NCBI GenBank assembly: GCA_014879665.1
Contig: JACSRP010000145.1
Span: forward strand, 6,507 to 70,506
DNA from: Anaerolineae bacterium
GTDB lineage: Bacteria > Chloroflexota > Anaerolineae > Aggregatilineales > Phototrophicaceae
Direction: 5' to 3'
DNA length: 64,000 bases
Part shown: piece after piece, positions 35,374 to 44,807 of the stretch
How the letters are laid out: every line of letters starts with the position of its first letter
How positions within the stretch are numbered: position 1 is the stretch's first letter
The notes under the pieces: generated by a model
Told to the model about the DNA's origin: nothing
The model's input: the letters and a program-made list of their open reading frames with translations, nothing else
Database searches by the model: none
Made by a program: the position numbers and the translations under genes

Positions 35374-35413
35374 GCAAACCCTCACCCCGACAGTAATTTG
35401 GGGTGAGGGTTGC
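35374..35413. repeat. REP-like GC-rich palindrome, copy A (core ACCCTCACCCC / GGGGTGAGGGT)
   Basis: A stem of 12 or more bp (35377-35388 with 35400-35411) has an 11-nt loop and no U-tract. It shares its core with the hairpin at 55914..55949. Confidence 0.6.
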
Positions 35414-35482
35414 AAAACAGCATCTCCCGCTTAAACACCCATCTGAATCTCAGATTACTTACACAAATCGAACGCGCGGTTC

Positions 35483-35512
35483 TTGGCATCCCCCACGCGC
35501 AGTCGTTACAAT
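35483..35512 (+). promoter_or_regulatory. Candidate sigma-70-type promoter for the GH57-glgA-glgC unit
   Basis: It consists of TTGGCA (35483-35488), an 18-nt spacer and TACAAT (35507-35512), about 45 nt upstream of the GTG start at 35558. Confidence 0.35.
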
Positions 35513-35557
35513 CACGCTCATTCGTTTGTTATCTTTTGGAGAATCGGGGGCAACTCG

Positions 35558-37261
35558 GTGGCTGCAATTGGTGCGTTCACATTTGTGCTTCATAGTCATT
35601 TGCCCTATGCGCGTAAGGCTGGTCGCTGGCCGCACGGGGAAGAATGGCTGCACGAAGCTGCCATGGAAACCTATATCCCGCTTCTGGAAACACTCTACGA
35701 CTTGCGCGAGGATCGGGTTCCATTTCACATCACCATCGGCATCACGCCGATTCTGGCGGAACAGCTTGCCGATGCCGATGTGCAGGATCATTTCGATCAG
35801 TATCTTGAAGATCGGATCAAAGCGGCGAGAGAAGACATCGAGCTTTTCTCGCAGGAAGAACCGGTAAATGAGCAGCTTGTTCTGCTTGCAAACTGGTATG
35901 TCGGCGTTTTCGAGCGTGTCAAAACTGCTTTTGATGACCGCTTTCAGCGCGATATTCTCGGCGCATTCAAAAAGTTGCAAGATGAAGGCTTGATCGAGAT
36001 CACCACCTGCGCGGCAACGCACGGCTATTTGCCGCTGCTAGGCAATGACAGCTCCATCAACGCTCAGCTCCGTACCGGCGTTCGCAGTTACGAGCGCTTT
36101 TTTGGCCGCAAGCCCACCGGCATCTGGCTGCCTGAATGTGCATATCGCCCGGCTTATGTCACTGAAACTGGCCGTATGCGCCCCGGCATCGAGCATTTTC
36201 TCGGCCAGAATGGGCTAAAAGTATTCTTCAGCGAAACCCATACCATTACCGGCGGGCAGCCCGTGGGCGTGGCCGGCGGCGATATCATCGGGCCTTACGG
36301 CGTGATCAAGCGGCGCTATGTTATTCCACCTACAAAATCAGCCAACATCCCCGAACGCAATGCGACCACCTTCCAGTCGTATTTTGTGTTCGATACCACC
36401 GATTACCCCGAAATGCACCACTCCGGGGTTTCGGTTATTGGGCGCAATAACTCCGTCGGGCAGCAGGTGTGGAGCGCCGAATGGGGCTACCCCGGCGATT
36501 TCGACTACCGTGAGTTTCACCGCAAAGCCGGAAGCAGCGGTATTCAATACTGGCGTATCACTGGCGCAGGGGTAGATCTCGGTCATAAAAGCCTGTATCA
36601 CCCCGATTGGGCTGAATATAAAGTAGATCAACATGCTGAGCATTTCGCGCATCTGGTCGGCGATAACTTACGCAGCTACGCTAAGGAGACCGGCAAGTTT
36701 GGTCTGGTTGCTGCCAATTACGATACCGAGCTGTTCGGCCATTGGTGGTTTGAAGGCGTGGAGTGGCTTGGCAAAGTGCTGCGTCATCTGGCCGACTCTG
36801 GCGATGTTGAGCTGACGACCGCTTCACGCCATGTCACCCAGCATCCGCCCGCTGAAGTCTTGAATTTACCGGAAAGCTCATGGGGCGCTGGTGGCACTCA
36901 TTTTGTGTGGGATAACAACGATACGCATTGGATGTGGGCACCGATTCACGAAGCTGAATCGCGTATGGAAAATCTCGCCAATGAATTTAACGATCCCACG
37001 CCGCAGGAATCACAGGTGCTAGCGCAGGCCGCCCGTGAAGTGCTGCTTCTAGAAAGCTCTGACTGGCCGTTTCTGGTGACCACCGGGCAGGCGAGAGAGT
37101 ATTCAATCCAGCGTTTCAGCCAGCATCTTGAGCGTTTCAATAAGCTTGCGGCCAGCCTCGAAAAAGGCGCGCCCGATGATGATCTGGCTGCCGAGCTGTG
37201 GGAACTGGATAAAGTTTTTGGCGATATTGATTACCGTGATTTTCGAACCTATTCCGGCTGA
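35558..37261 (+). CDS. GH57-family 1,4-alpha-glucan branching enzyme
   Basis: GTG at 35558 follows GGAGAATCGGGGG. The N-terminal FVLHSHLPY motif is characteristic of GH57 branching enzymes, and there is a C-terminal helical (DUF1957-like) region. The longer ORF from 35483 is rejected. Confidence 0.8.
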   Translation: MAAIGAFTFVLHSHLPYARKAGRWPHGEEWLHEAAMETYIPLLETLYDLREDRVPFHITIGITPILAEQLADADVQDHFDQYLEDRIKAAREDIELFSQEEPVNEQLVLLANWYVGVFERVKTAFDDRFQRDILGAFKKLQDEGLIEITTCAATHGYLPLLGNDSSINAQLRTGVRSYERFFGRKPTGIWLPECAYRPAYVTETGRMRPGIEHFLGQNGLKVFFSETHTITGGQPVGVAGGDIIGPYGVIKRRYVIPPTKSANIPERNATTFQSYFVFDTTDYPEMHHSGVSVIGRNNSVGQQVWSAEWGYPGDFDYREFHRKAGSSGIQYWRITGAGVDLGHKSLYHPDWAEYKVDQHAEHFAHLVGDNLRSYAKETGKFGLVAANYDTELFGHWWFEGVEWLGKVLRHLADSGDVELTTASRHVTQHPPAEVLNLPESSWGAGGTHFVWDNNDTHWMWAPIHEAESRMENLANEFNDPTPQESQVLAQAAREVLLLESSDWPFLVTTGQAREYSIQRFSQHLERFNKLAASLEKGAPDDDLAAELWELDKVFGDIDYRDFRTYSG

Positions 37262-37333
37262 ATCAGCCGCTGCACCGTGATGTGATGGCGGTATTCAACC
37301 TGTGCGCCGCGCATCCTCCCGGAGAGTTATGCC

Positions 37334-38797
37334 ATGAACGTGTTATTTGTGAGCGCCGAGGCTGATCCTTTCGCCAAAGTTGGTGGTCTGGCAGATGTTG
37401 TCGGGTCGCTGCCTAAAGCACTGCGCCAGCGGGGGATTGATGCCCGCGTCCTTATGCCTTTCTATGGTTTTATTGATCCTGCGCGCTGGCAGATCGAACA
37501 CCTGCTGTCTTTTCAACTGCCGCGCAAAGGCGGCACCGCAGACTGCCATCTTTTTGTGACTGAACATGACGATGTGCCGGTCTATTTTCTGCGCTCATGG
37601 CCGTATTTTGGCGATGAAAGTGTGGTATACACGCAGTGGGATTGGGACTGTCCGCGCTTTGTCTTCTTCTGTCAGGCCGCAATTGCTGCGGTGGATGCGC
37701 TTCGTGAGAGGGTCGGTTGGCAGCCCGATGTATTACATGCCAACGATTGGCACACCGGCTTAGTGCCGTTTCTGGTGGATGGGCAGCGCTGGCGCCATGA
37801 ATGGGCTGGCGTTGGCAGCCTGCTCACCATTCATAATATGGCTTATCAGGGCGATCACGCTGGCAGATTTTTGTATGATGCCGGGGTGGCGGCAAGGCTT
37901 CAACCCGATCTTGAAGCGCGCGGCTTGACAGATAATATGCTGGGGACGGCCATCGCCTTTTCAGATATTGTCACGACTGTTAGCCCTCGCTATGCCGTTG
38001 AAATCCAGTATCCCCACGCCGGTTACGGGTTGGATGATCTGCTTCGCACCCGTATTCCTGATTTATACGGTATCTTGAATGGGCTGGATCTCGATCTGTG
38101 GAATCCGGAAACCGACTCGCAGTTAGCCTCGAATTTCAACGCCACAAATTTTGAGCAGAAACGTCCCTCAAATAAGGGCGCTTTGCAGCGTGCTGCCGGC
38201 TTAGAAGTACGCGAAGATGTGCCTCTTATTGGCATGGTCACTCGCCTCGTCTGGCAAAAAGGGATCGATCTGGCGCTTCCTGCCCTGCGGCACTTGCTGG
38301 CAGGTTATGACGTTCAGTTCGTCGGGCTTGGTTCAGGCGAGCAGTTATACAATGATCAGCTTCAGAAGCTGGCCTCAGACTTTGGCTGGAAGGCGCGCGC
38401 CTTCATTGGCTACAACGCCGCCGTTGCCCAGCAGGTGTATGCCGGCAGCGATCTGTTTTTGATGCCCAGCCATTTTGAGCCGTGCGGCGTCGGGCAAATG
38501 ATCGCCATGCGCTACGGTTCGCTGCCGGTTGTACGCGAAACCGGCGGCCTTGCCGATACGGTACAAAATTATGATGGCCGTCATGGTGAGTCCGGCACCG
38601 GCTTTGTGTTCCAATGGGAAGAGGCCGACGCGCTCTATAATACGCTAGTCTGGGCGCTGCGTACCTATGCCGGACACAAAACCGCCTTTCGGAGAATGCA
38701 GCGCCGCGCTATGGAAACAGATTTTAGTTGGGCGCGCAGCGCCGGCGAATACGCGGCACTGTATGACGATGCCGTTCGGCGGCACCGGGGCGGTTAA
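37334..38797 (+). CDS. glgA: Glycogen synthase (ADP-glucose type, GT5)
   Basis: It has the N-terminal EADPFAKVGGLADVVGSLPKAL (KxGGL) motif and is 487 aa. Confidence 0.9.
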   Translation: MNVLFVSAEADPFAKVGGLADVVGSLPKALRQRGIDARVLMPFYGFIDPARWQIEHLLSFQLPRKGGTADCHLFVTEHDDVPVYFLRSWPYFGDESVVYTQWDWDCPRFVFFCQAAIAAVDALRERVGWQPDVLHANDWHTGLVPFLVDGQRWRHEWAGVGSLLTIHNMAYQGDHAGRFLYDAGVAARLQPDLEARGLTDNMLGTAIAFSDIVTTVSPRYAVEIQYPHAGYGLDDLLRTRIPDLYGILNGLDLDLWNPETDSQLASNFNATNFEQKRPSNKGALQRAAGLEVREDVPLIGMVTRLVWQKGIDLALPALRHLLAGYDVQFVGLGSGEQLYNDQLQKLASDFGWKARAFIGYNAAVAQQVYAGSDLFLMPSHFEPCGVGQMIAMRYGSLPVVRETGGLADTVQNYDGRHGESGTGFVFQWEEADALYNTLVWALRTYAGHKTAFRRMQRRAMETDFSWARSAGEYAALYDDAVRRHRGG

Positions 38798-38864
38798 AAA
38801 ATATAGGCAGCTTGAACCGACTTAAATTATTGAACTGTTCATTGGGAAGAAAGGACGCGGCCAC

Positions 38865-40127
38865 ATGAAAGTGAAAGCGGTAATTTTGGCGGGTGGGGAA
38901 GGTACGCGGCTGGCAACCCTAACTTCAAAGCGGGCGAAACCTGCTGTGCCATTTGCCGGAAAATATCGAATTGTAGATTTTGCGCTAAGCAACTGCGTGA
39001 ACTCGAATATTTTTGATGTTTTGATCTTGACCCAGTACCGCCCCCACAGCTTAAATGACCATATCGAACACGGTCGCCCCTGGGATTTAGACCGTTCTTT
39101 CACCGGAGGCGTGCAAATCTTACAGCCGTTCAAAGGTAGCAAGGATACAGACTGGTATGCAGGCACTGCCGATGCCGTCACCCAGAATCTGAATTTTGTG
39201 CGCCGTGGCCGCCCTGACTATGTGCTCATTCTCTCTGGCGATCATATTTATGAGATGGATTACGATGTGCTGGTGCAGTACCACCGCGATAAGGGCGCAG
39301 ATGCCACTATCTGCGTGATCAGCGTGCCGCTGGACGAGGCCAACCGCTATGGCATCCTCGCCATTGACGATGATTATCGTGTCAACAGTTTTGTTGAAAA
39401 GCCAGCCAACCCACCTAGCAACCTCGCCAGCATGGGCGTCTATGTCTTTACCTATTCCGCGCTGGAACGGCTGCTCAATGAAGATCGTGAAAATAAATCT
39501 TCCAGCCACGACTTTGGCAAAGATATCATCCCGCGTATGGTTGCCGAACAGATGGAGGTGTTTGCCTATCCGTATGGCGGCTACTGGATTGATGTAGGAA
39601 CAGTAGATGCCTACTGGGAAGCGCACATGGATCTGCTGTCTTCTCCGCCTTCGATCAATCTAAATGATCGCACATGGGTCATTCATACTAGAAGTGAAGA
39701 GCGTCCCCCGGTCTATATCGCCGCTGGCGCTACCGTGCGTAACAGCATGATCACCCATGGGTGCGTGATCAGCGAAGGCGCGCTGGTAGAGCGCTCAATC
39801 CTTTCACCTGGTGTATTCGTTGGCCCGAACGCGGTCATTCGCGAGTCGGTCATTTTGAATGATGCCTATATCGAATCCGGCGCGGTCGTTGAGCGCTGCA
39901 TTCTGGATAAGATCGTGGTCATCGGCCATGATGCGCAGGTCGGCAGCATCCCCGCTATGGGGGAGCTAGGTATCACCTGTGTTGGCAAAAACACGCATGT
40001 TCCCGCCGGTTTCACGATCGGGTCAGGGTCAACGTTAGGAACCGATCTTCGGATGGAAATGTTTGAAACCTTCCGCGATAAAGTAGTGCCCAACAACAGC
40101 AAAGTGGGTTACAGCGGCAAAAGGTAA
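38865..40127 (+). CDS. glgC: Glucose-1-phosphate adenylyltransferase
   Basis: It has LAGGEGTRL (GGxGxRL), [15 protein letters not shown], and a C-terminal left-handed beta-helix region. Confidence 0.9.
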   Translation: MKVKAVILAGGEGTRLATLTSKRAKPAVPFAGKYRIVDFALSNCVNSNIFDVLILTQYRPHSLNDHIEHGRPWDLDRSFTGGVQILQPFKGSKDTDWYAGTADAVTQNLNFVRRGRPDYVLILSGDHIYEMDYDVLVQYHRDKGADATICVISVPLDEANRYGILAIDDDYRVNSFVEKPANPPSNLASMGVYVFTYSALERLLNEDRENKSSSHDFGKDIIPRMVAEQMEVFAYPYGGYWIDVGTVDAYWEAHMDLLSSPPSINLNDRTWVIHTRSEERPPVYIAAGATVRNSMITHGCVISEGALVERSILSPGVFVGPNAVIRESVILNDAYIESGAVVERCILDKIVVIGHDAQVGSIPAMGELGITCVGKNTHVPAGFTIGSGSTLGTDLRMEMFETFRDKVVPNNSKVGYSGKR

Positions 40128-40142
40128 TATCGCGTTTCGCCT

Positions 40143-40172
40143 GCAGGACGCTCCACGGGGCGTCTGCCTTTG
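40143..40172 (+). terminator. Weak hairpin after glgC
   Basis: gcaggacgc pairs with gcgtctgc (8 bp, one bulge) and is followed by CTTTG. The U-tract is poor. Confidence 0.3.
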
Positions 40173-40254
40173 AACTCTATATATGCTGGGCTGCTTTTAC
40201 GTCCCTTCTTGTATCTCAGAAAGACGGTGCAATCGCGGTAAAGGGGGGTACTGA

Positions 40255-40285
40255 AAGCAAATCGGGGCGCATTTTGCGCCCCGAT
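40255..40285 (-). terminator. Rho-independent terminator after the CBM48 gene
   Basis: A perfect 10-bp stem (atcggggcgc at 40261-70, gcgccccgat at 40276-85) has a 5-nt loop. On the minus strand it is followed by TTGCTTTC. Confidence 0.55.
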
Positions 40286-40311
40286 TTACGGCTTGGTGGC
40301 ATGTGTTTAGC

Positions 40312-40617
40312 CTAGACGACGATGACCGAATTGTCCTCGCCGAAGCCATTGGGGCTATATTTGTCGGCTGCTTCGTCGTTATGCCATTCCGTCTTATTAA
40401 CCAGATAGCGGAATTGGTACTCCCGCCCGGTTTCCAGATCAAGAGTCAGCTTAAAGCTGCCATCTTTCTGACGTTTCATGAGGTTGTTACCCTCACTCCA
40501 CCCGTTGAAATCGCCTACAACTGCGATTGACTCGCCGTCCCACGTGTGCGGCGCGGTGAACGTCACTTTGCAGATAGGCTTTGTCTTCAGGTACTTCTTT
40601 TCGAGCATCTCAGTCAT
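40312..40617 (-). CDS. Stand-alone CBM48 / AMPK-beta-like glycogen-binding module
   Basis: The 101-aa protein reads VTFTAPHTWDGESIAVVGDFNGWSEGNNLMKRQKDGSFKLTLDLETGREYQFRYLVNKTEWHNDEAAD, matching the isoamylase early-set/CBM48 pattern. Confidence 0.75.
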   Translation of the reverse strand: MTEMLEKKYLKTKPICKVTFTAPHTWDGESIAVVGDFNGWSEGNNLMKRQKDGSFKLTLDLETGREYQFRYLVNKTEWHNDEAADKYSPNGFGEDNSVIVV

Positions 40618-40902
40618 CTGTCCTCATCCACTGATTGATTAGCCATTGATGCTAATTTTGCATTCTAGCATATCCGCAGAATTGCTGAATAGTCTGACTA
40701 ACCTGATTTTTGAACAGTGAAATTGAGCAAAAAAACCGTTGTTTTAGATCCTCACCCGCTGCCCTTGCCTTGTTTTTCTCGCCTGGGGGCTGGTCAGAGT
40801 TGGCTCTGGAAGCGATGCCCATCCAAAATGCAGTTCAACCATTTTATGCCTGTATAGTTGGACTATTCTTCAGGTTGAGGTTAACCATTGGTGGCTGCAT
40901 CA

Positions 40903-41004
40903 GGTAAAATGCGGAGGTTTGCCGTCGAGATTCGAGACCCATTTCTTAGACATTTACTTTAACCCGCTCTGGTAAAATTACGTCCGTTGCAGTTAAGGTA
41001 AAAT
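40903..41004 (+). promoter_or_regulatory. Three direct copies of GGTAAAAT in the glgP upstream region
   Basis: The copies are at 40903-40910, 40971-40978 (context TGGTAAAAT, extended -10-like) and 40997-41004. All are in the same orientation, 80-180 nt upstream of glgP. Confidence 0.3.
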
Positions 41005-41084
41005 GACGGCTCAACTTGACATTCGTAACCCTCCAGAATCTCATATTTCTGGCTGACTGTCTTTGACACAGGAGTTTTATATCA

Positions 41085-43661
41085 ATGGTAAAGCCAATCG
41101 CAAAAGTGAGCATTGTTCCCCGCTTGCCTGAGCAAATTGTTCGATTGATGGAATTGGCCTGTAATTTGCGCTGGTCATGGGATGACGATACCCGCGCGCT
41201 GTTCCGCCGCCTCGATCGAGATTTGTGGCGATCAACAACCCATAACCCGGTCGCGTTTCTGGGCAGTATTGATCAGCGCAAGCTAGAATCAGCCTCTGAA
41301 AACCAGGCATTTTTGGCGCATTATCGGCGGGTGTGTGATGCCTTCGATAGCTACATGAAACCCGAAGAAACATGGTTTCATGATCAGTACGGCGCGGAGA
41401 ATCAACCGCGCATCGCTTACTTCAGTATGGAATTTGGCCTGACGGAATGTTTGCAGAATTATTCCGGCGGGTTAGGCATCCTTAGTGGCGATCATCTCAA
41501 AAGTGCCAGCGATCTAGGTGTGCCGCTGATCGGCGTCGGCTTGCTCTATCAGGAAGGCTACTTCCGCCAGTACCTGAATGCCGATGGTTATCAGCAGGAG
41601 CTGTACCCGATCAATGATTACAGCCTGCAACCAGTATCATTGGTGCGGGATAGCGATGGCAAGCCGCTGCACATCAGCGTTGATCTGCCAGATCGTAAGC
41701 TCTACGCGCAGATTTATCGCGTGCAGGTGGGACGGGTCGCGCTCTATCTGCTGGATACCAATATCCCTGAAAACCCGCTTGAAGAAGATCGCAATCTGAC
41801 CGACCGGCTCTATGGGGGCAATCGCCGTACCCGCATCCGTCAGGAAATTCTGATGGGCATCGGCGGTATTCGTATGTTGGAGGCGATGAATCTTCGCCCC
41901 GATATTTGCCATATGAATGAAGGGCATTCCGCATTTCTGGCTCTGGAACGCATCCGGTTGTTCATGAAGGAACATAATGTTGATTTTCAAGAGGCGATGA
42001 CCATCACCTCGGCATCAAATATCTTCACCACCCATACCCCGGTACCCGCGGGTTTGGAACGCTTCGGCTTTGATCTGATTGACGAACATTTCACTGAATA
42101 CAGCAAAGAACTTGGCCTCACGCGCGAACAATTTATGGGTATCGGGCGCGAAAATATGGGGACATACGAGCTTTTCTCGATGGCCGTGATGGCGATGAAA
42201 ATGTCTGCCGCGACCAATGGCGTTGCTGAATTACATGGCGACGTTTCGCGGCACATGTGGCAGTGGATGGCGCCTAATTTCCCGGTCAATGACGTACCCA
42301 TTTCTTCAGTGACCAACGGCATCCATGTGCAGACGTGGATCAGCCGCGATATCGGCACCCTGCTGGATCGCTATCTTGATCCGGCGTGGCGTTCGGAAGA
42401 ATGGCGCGGCGATGTTTGGAAGGGCATTGATCGCGTACCCGATGCCGAATTCTGGCGCACGCATGAATTTCGCAGGGAACAACTGGTGTTATTCGCCCGC
42501 AAACGATTGGTGTCGCAGCTAGAACGTAAAGGCTCCAGTCAGTCTGAAATTGCCCACGCTTCCGAAGTGCTGAGTCCATCGGCCCTGACTATCGGTTTTG
42601 CGCGCCGTTTTGCCACTTATAAACGCGCGACCATGCTCTTCAAAGATCAGGAACGTTTGCTGCGCATCCTGACCAACCCCAACCGCCCACTCCAGTTCAT
42701 CTTTGCCGGTAAGGCACATCCACACGACGAAGAGGGTAAAGAGTTCATCCGGCAGATCGTCAATCTTGCCCGGCAAACGCCTTTCCGTGATCACCTCGTG
42801 TTCATTGAAGACTATGACATGCTGGTTGCGCGGCAGATGGTGCAAGGCGTAGACGTCTGGTTAAATAACCCGCGCCGCCCTCAGGAAGCTAGCGGCACCA
42901 GCGGCATGAAGGCTATCTACAACGGCGGCCTGAATTGCAGCATTCTTGATGGCTGGTGGGCCGAGGGCTACGACCCCGAGGTTGGCTGGGCTATCGGCAA
43001 TGGCGAAGAATATCCGGAAGGCGAGTCCGAACATCAGGATTACGTGGAAAGCGAAATTCTCTACAACATTCTTGAACACGATATCGCCGCCATGTTCTAC
43101 AACCGGCAGGCCGATAATGTGCCGCGCGAATGGATGGGTATGGTCAAAGCTGGCTATAAAAAGCTGGCACCCTTTTTCAATACCGGGCGTATGGTGCAGG
43201 AATATACCGAACACTACTATATGCCCAGCTTTGAACGCTTCCAGCAGTTGATGGAGCCTGACCTGACGCTTGGCAATGCCTTCACTGCTTGGCGAAAAAA
43301 AGTACTGGCCAGTTGGAATGGCATCCGTATCAGCGATGTGCAGGTCTCCGAGCAAGAGGTGCACGTTGGCAGCGAAATTGAAGTATCTGCCCTCATCGCC
43401 CTCAATTCCTTGACGCCTGCCGATGTGCGTGTGGAAGCCTACTATGGCACGTTAACTGCGCGTGGTGATATTAACGTAGACGCCCAGTCAGTTGAGATGC
43501 GTCCCGAAAGTATGACGCCAACAGAAAACGGATCATATCGGTTTAAGGCGAAAATTGTCTATGAAACCAGTGGCGATCGCGGCATATCCGTCCGTGTGAT
43601 GCCGAATAATCCAAGCCTGCCATCACCCTTCGCCCTCGGCGTCATGACCTGGGCGAAATAA
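41085..43661 (+). CDS. glgP: Alpha-glucan phosphorylase (GT35, archaeal/bacterial alpha-glucan family)
   Basis: It has the PLP-Lys motif EASGTSGMK, the N-terminal DUF3417-like segment (LACNLRWSW) and is 858 aa. Confidence 0.9.
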   Translation: MVKPIAKVSIVPRLPEQIVRLMELACNLRWSWDDDTRALFRRLDRDLWRSTTHNPVAFLGSIDQRKLESASENQAFLAHYRRVCDAFDSYMKPEETWFHDQYGAENQPRIAYFSMEFGLTECLQNYSGGLGILSGDHLKSASDLGVPLIGVGLLYQEGYFRQYLNADGYQQELYPINDYSLQPVSLVRDSDGKPLHISVDLPDRKLYAQIYRVQVGRVALYLLDTNIPENPLEEDRNLTDRLYGGNRRTRIRQEILMGIGGIRMLEAMNLRPDICHMNEGHSAFLALERIRLFMKEHNVDFQEAMTITSASNIFTTHTPVPAGLERFGFDLIDEHFTEYSKELGLTREQFMGIGRENMGTYELFSMAVMAMKMSAATNGVAELHGDVSRHMWQWMAPNFPVNDVPISSVTNGIHVQTWISRDIGTLLDRYLDPAWRSEEWRGDVWKGIDRVPDAEFWRTHEFRREQLVLFARKRLVSQLERKGSSQSEIAHASEVLSPSALTIGFARRFATYKRATMLFKDQERLLRILTNPNRPLQFIFAGKAHPHDEEGKEFIRQIVNLARQTPFRDHLVFIEDYDMLVARQMVQGVDVWLNNPRRPQEASGTSGMKAIYNGGLNCSILDGWWAEGYDPEVGWAIGNGEEYPEGESEHQDYVESEILYNILEHDIAAMFYNRQADNVPREWMGMVKAGYKKLAPFFNTGRMVQEYTEHYYMPSFERFQQLMEPDLTLGNAFTAWRKKVLASWNGIRISDVQVSEQEVHVGSEIEVSALIALNSLTPADVRVEAYYGTLTARGDINVDAQSVEMRPESMTPTENGSYRFKAKIVYETSGDRGISVRVMPNNPSLPSPFALGVMTWAK

Positions 43662-43677
43662 GCGAAGATGTTTTTCC

Positions 43678-43711
43678 GCCCTCTCAGCCTACGTACGTGG
43701 GCTGAGAGGGC
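43678..43711. terminator. 12-bp GC-rich hairpin between convergent glgP and cytochrome c genes
   Basis: gccctctcagcc (43678-89) pairs with ggctgagagggc (43700-11). No canonical U-tract. Confidence 0.4.
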
Positions 43712-43728
43712 ATGGTTCGATTCTACCC

Positions 43729-44394
43729 TTACAACGTAGATAGATACGCGATCAGATCGTTGATTTCTTGCTCAGTCAGCACTTCGCCAAAACCATGCGG
43801 CATATGCAGCGCCCAATCTGGCTCGCCATCACGAATCGGAGCAATAAAGGCTTCCGGATCCACAATAGACTGATGCAGATATTCGACCGCCGTTTCGCCT
43901 TCTACGCGGGTTTCGGCACGCGCCGCCACGTTCCCCAGTCCTGGCCCAATCAGGCGCAGTTCATCAGGTGTAGTTGAATGGCAGGCGTTGCAAGACCATG
44001 CTGCACCGTCAGGTAGAGTATGCTGGGTTGTGAAGACCACCTGTCCATTTGCGGCGTCCCCCGTCACTTCGCCGCCTGAAGTTGCTTCGGTTGGTGGCAC
44101 TGTCGGAGGAATCGCTTCTGTCGGCACAGTCGTCGCCGTAGCTGGTGCAGATGTCGCCGTTGGCGGAACCGCCGTGGCGGTGGGGGGTGCAGTAGTAGGC
44201 GTATTTGTCGCCGGCAGCGGCGTAGCTGTCGGCGCAATCGCGGTCAAATGCTCGCTGGTTGCTGCCAGCGCTGCTTGAGTTTCCTGGGCTTCTGCTGCCC
44301 ATTCAGGGGTGGCGACGGTACCACAAGCTGAGGCGAAAAGCGCAGCTGCGCTTACGCCAGAGACAAGGATAAGACGCACTGAATTAGTGTGCAT
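43729..44394 (-). CDS. Exported mono-haem cytochrome c with Thr/Pro/Ala-rich linker
   Basis: It has a signal/anchor (LILVSGVSAAALFASAC), about 70 aa of TP-rich linker, the haem motif CNACH, and a distal Met region. Confidence 0.8.
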   Translation of the reverse strand: MHTNSVRLILVSGVSAAALFASACGTVATPEWAAEAQETQAALAATSEHLTAIAPTATPLPATNTPTTAPPTATAVPPTATSAPATATTVPTEAIPPTVPPTEATSGGEVTGDAANGQVVFTTQHTLPDGAAWSCNACHSTTPDELRLIGPGLGNVAARAETRVEGETAVEYLHQSIVDPEAFIAPIRDGEPDWALHMPHGFGEVLTEQEINDLIAYLSTL

Positions 44395-44613
44395 AGGTCT
44401 TCTCCAGAGGTCAATTGAAATGAAATTGTGTGCTTCGGAATAATCACGCCAGTATAGCGCGCGGGCGGCGGCTTTCCAAGACCGTCAGTCCATTGAGCGC
44501 AGGGCAATTGCATCAAAATTAAACCGGCGCTTTTTCTTCAACTAGGCAAATTTCAAATGATGGGCGACGTTGCTCAATTCAAAACGCTTCGATTTGGCGG
44601 TTTAGCTTCTTTT

Positions 44614-44634
44614 CTCCGTGTCGCTGTGGTTCAA
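44614..44634 (+). repeat. 21-nt motif CTCCGTGTCGCTGTGGTTCAA (copy 1 of 2)
   Basis: It matches 56011..56031 at 17 of 21 positions, and the two copies also share a preceding CTTCTT. It lies ~175 nt upstream of the Clp-family gene. Confidence 0.3.
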
Positions 44635-44807
44635 CCCCGTTCCTCCGATTTAGTAGGGCTGCTATATCAAAATAATGAGAAGATTATGACTGGTCAAGAT
44701 ATGTCGCGGCGGCATGCTTTTCCCGAACCCGCCGATCCGCGCCTTGTTTAGAGGCCAATTTCAGGTTAAGTTAATGCTCACCATCTATGCAAGAGGATGT
44801 TGCTTCA

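Noticed and set aside
40710-40907. Intergenic ORFs 40710..40907 (65 aa), 44557..44751 (64 aa), 53526..53723 and 53565..53750.
   Set aside because: They have no RBS, odd composition, and sit in promoter or leader regions. They are more likely non-coding; see the regulatory findings instead.
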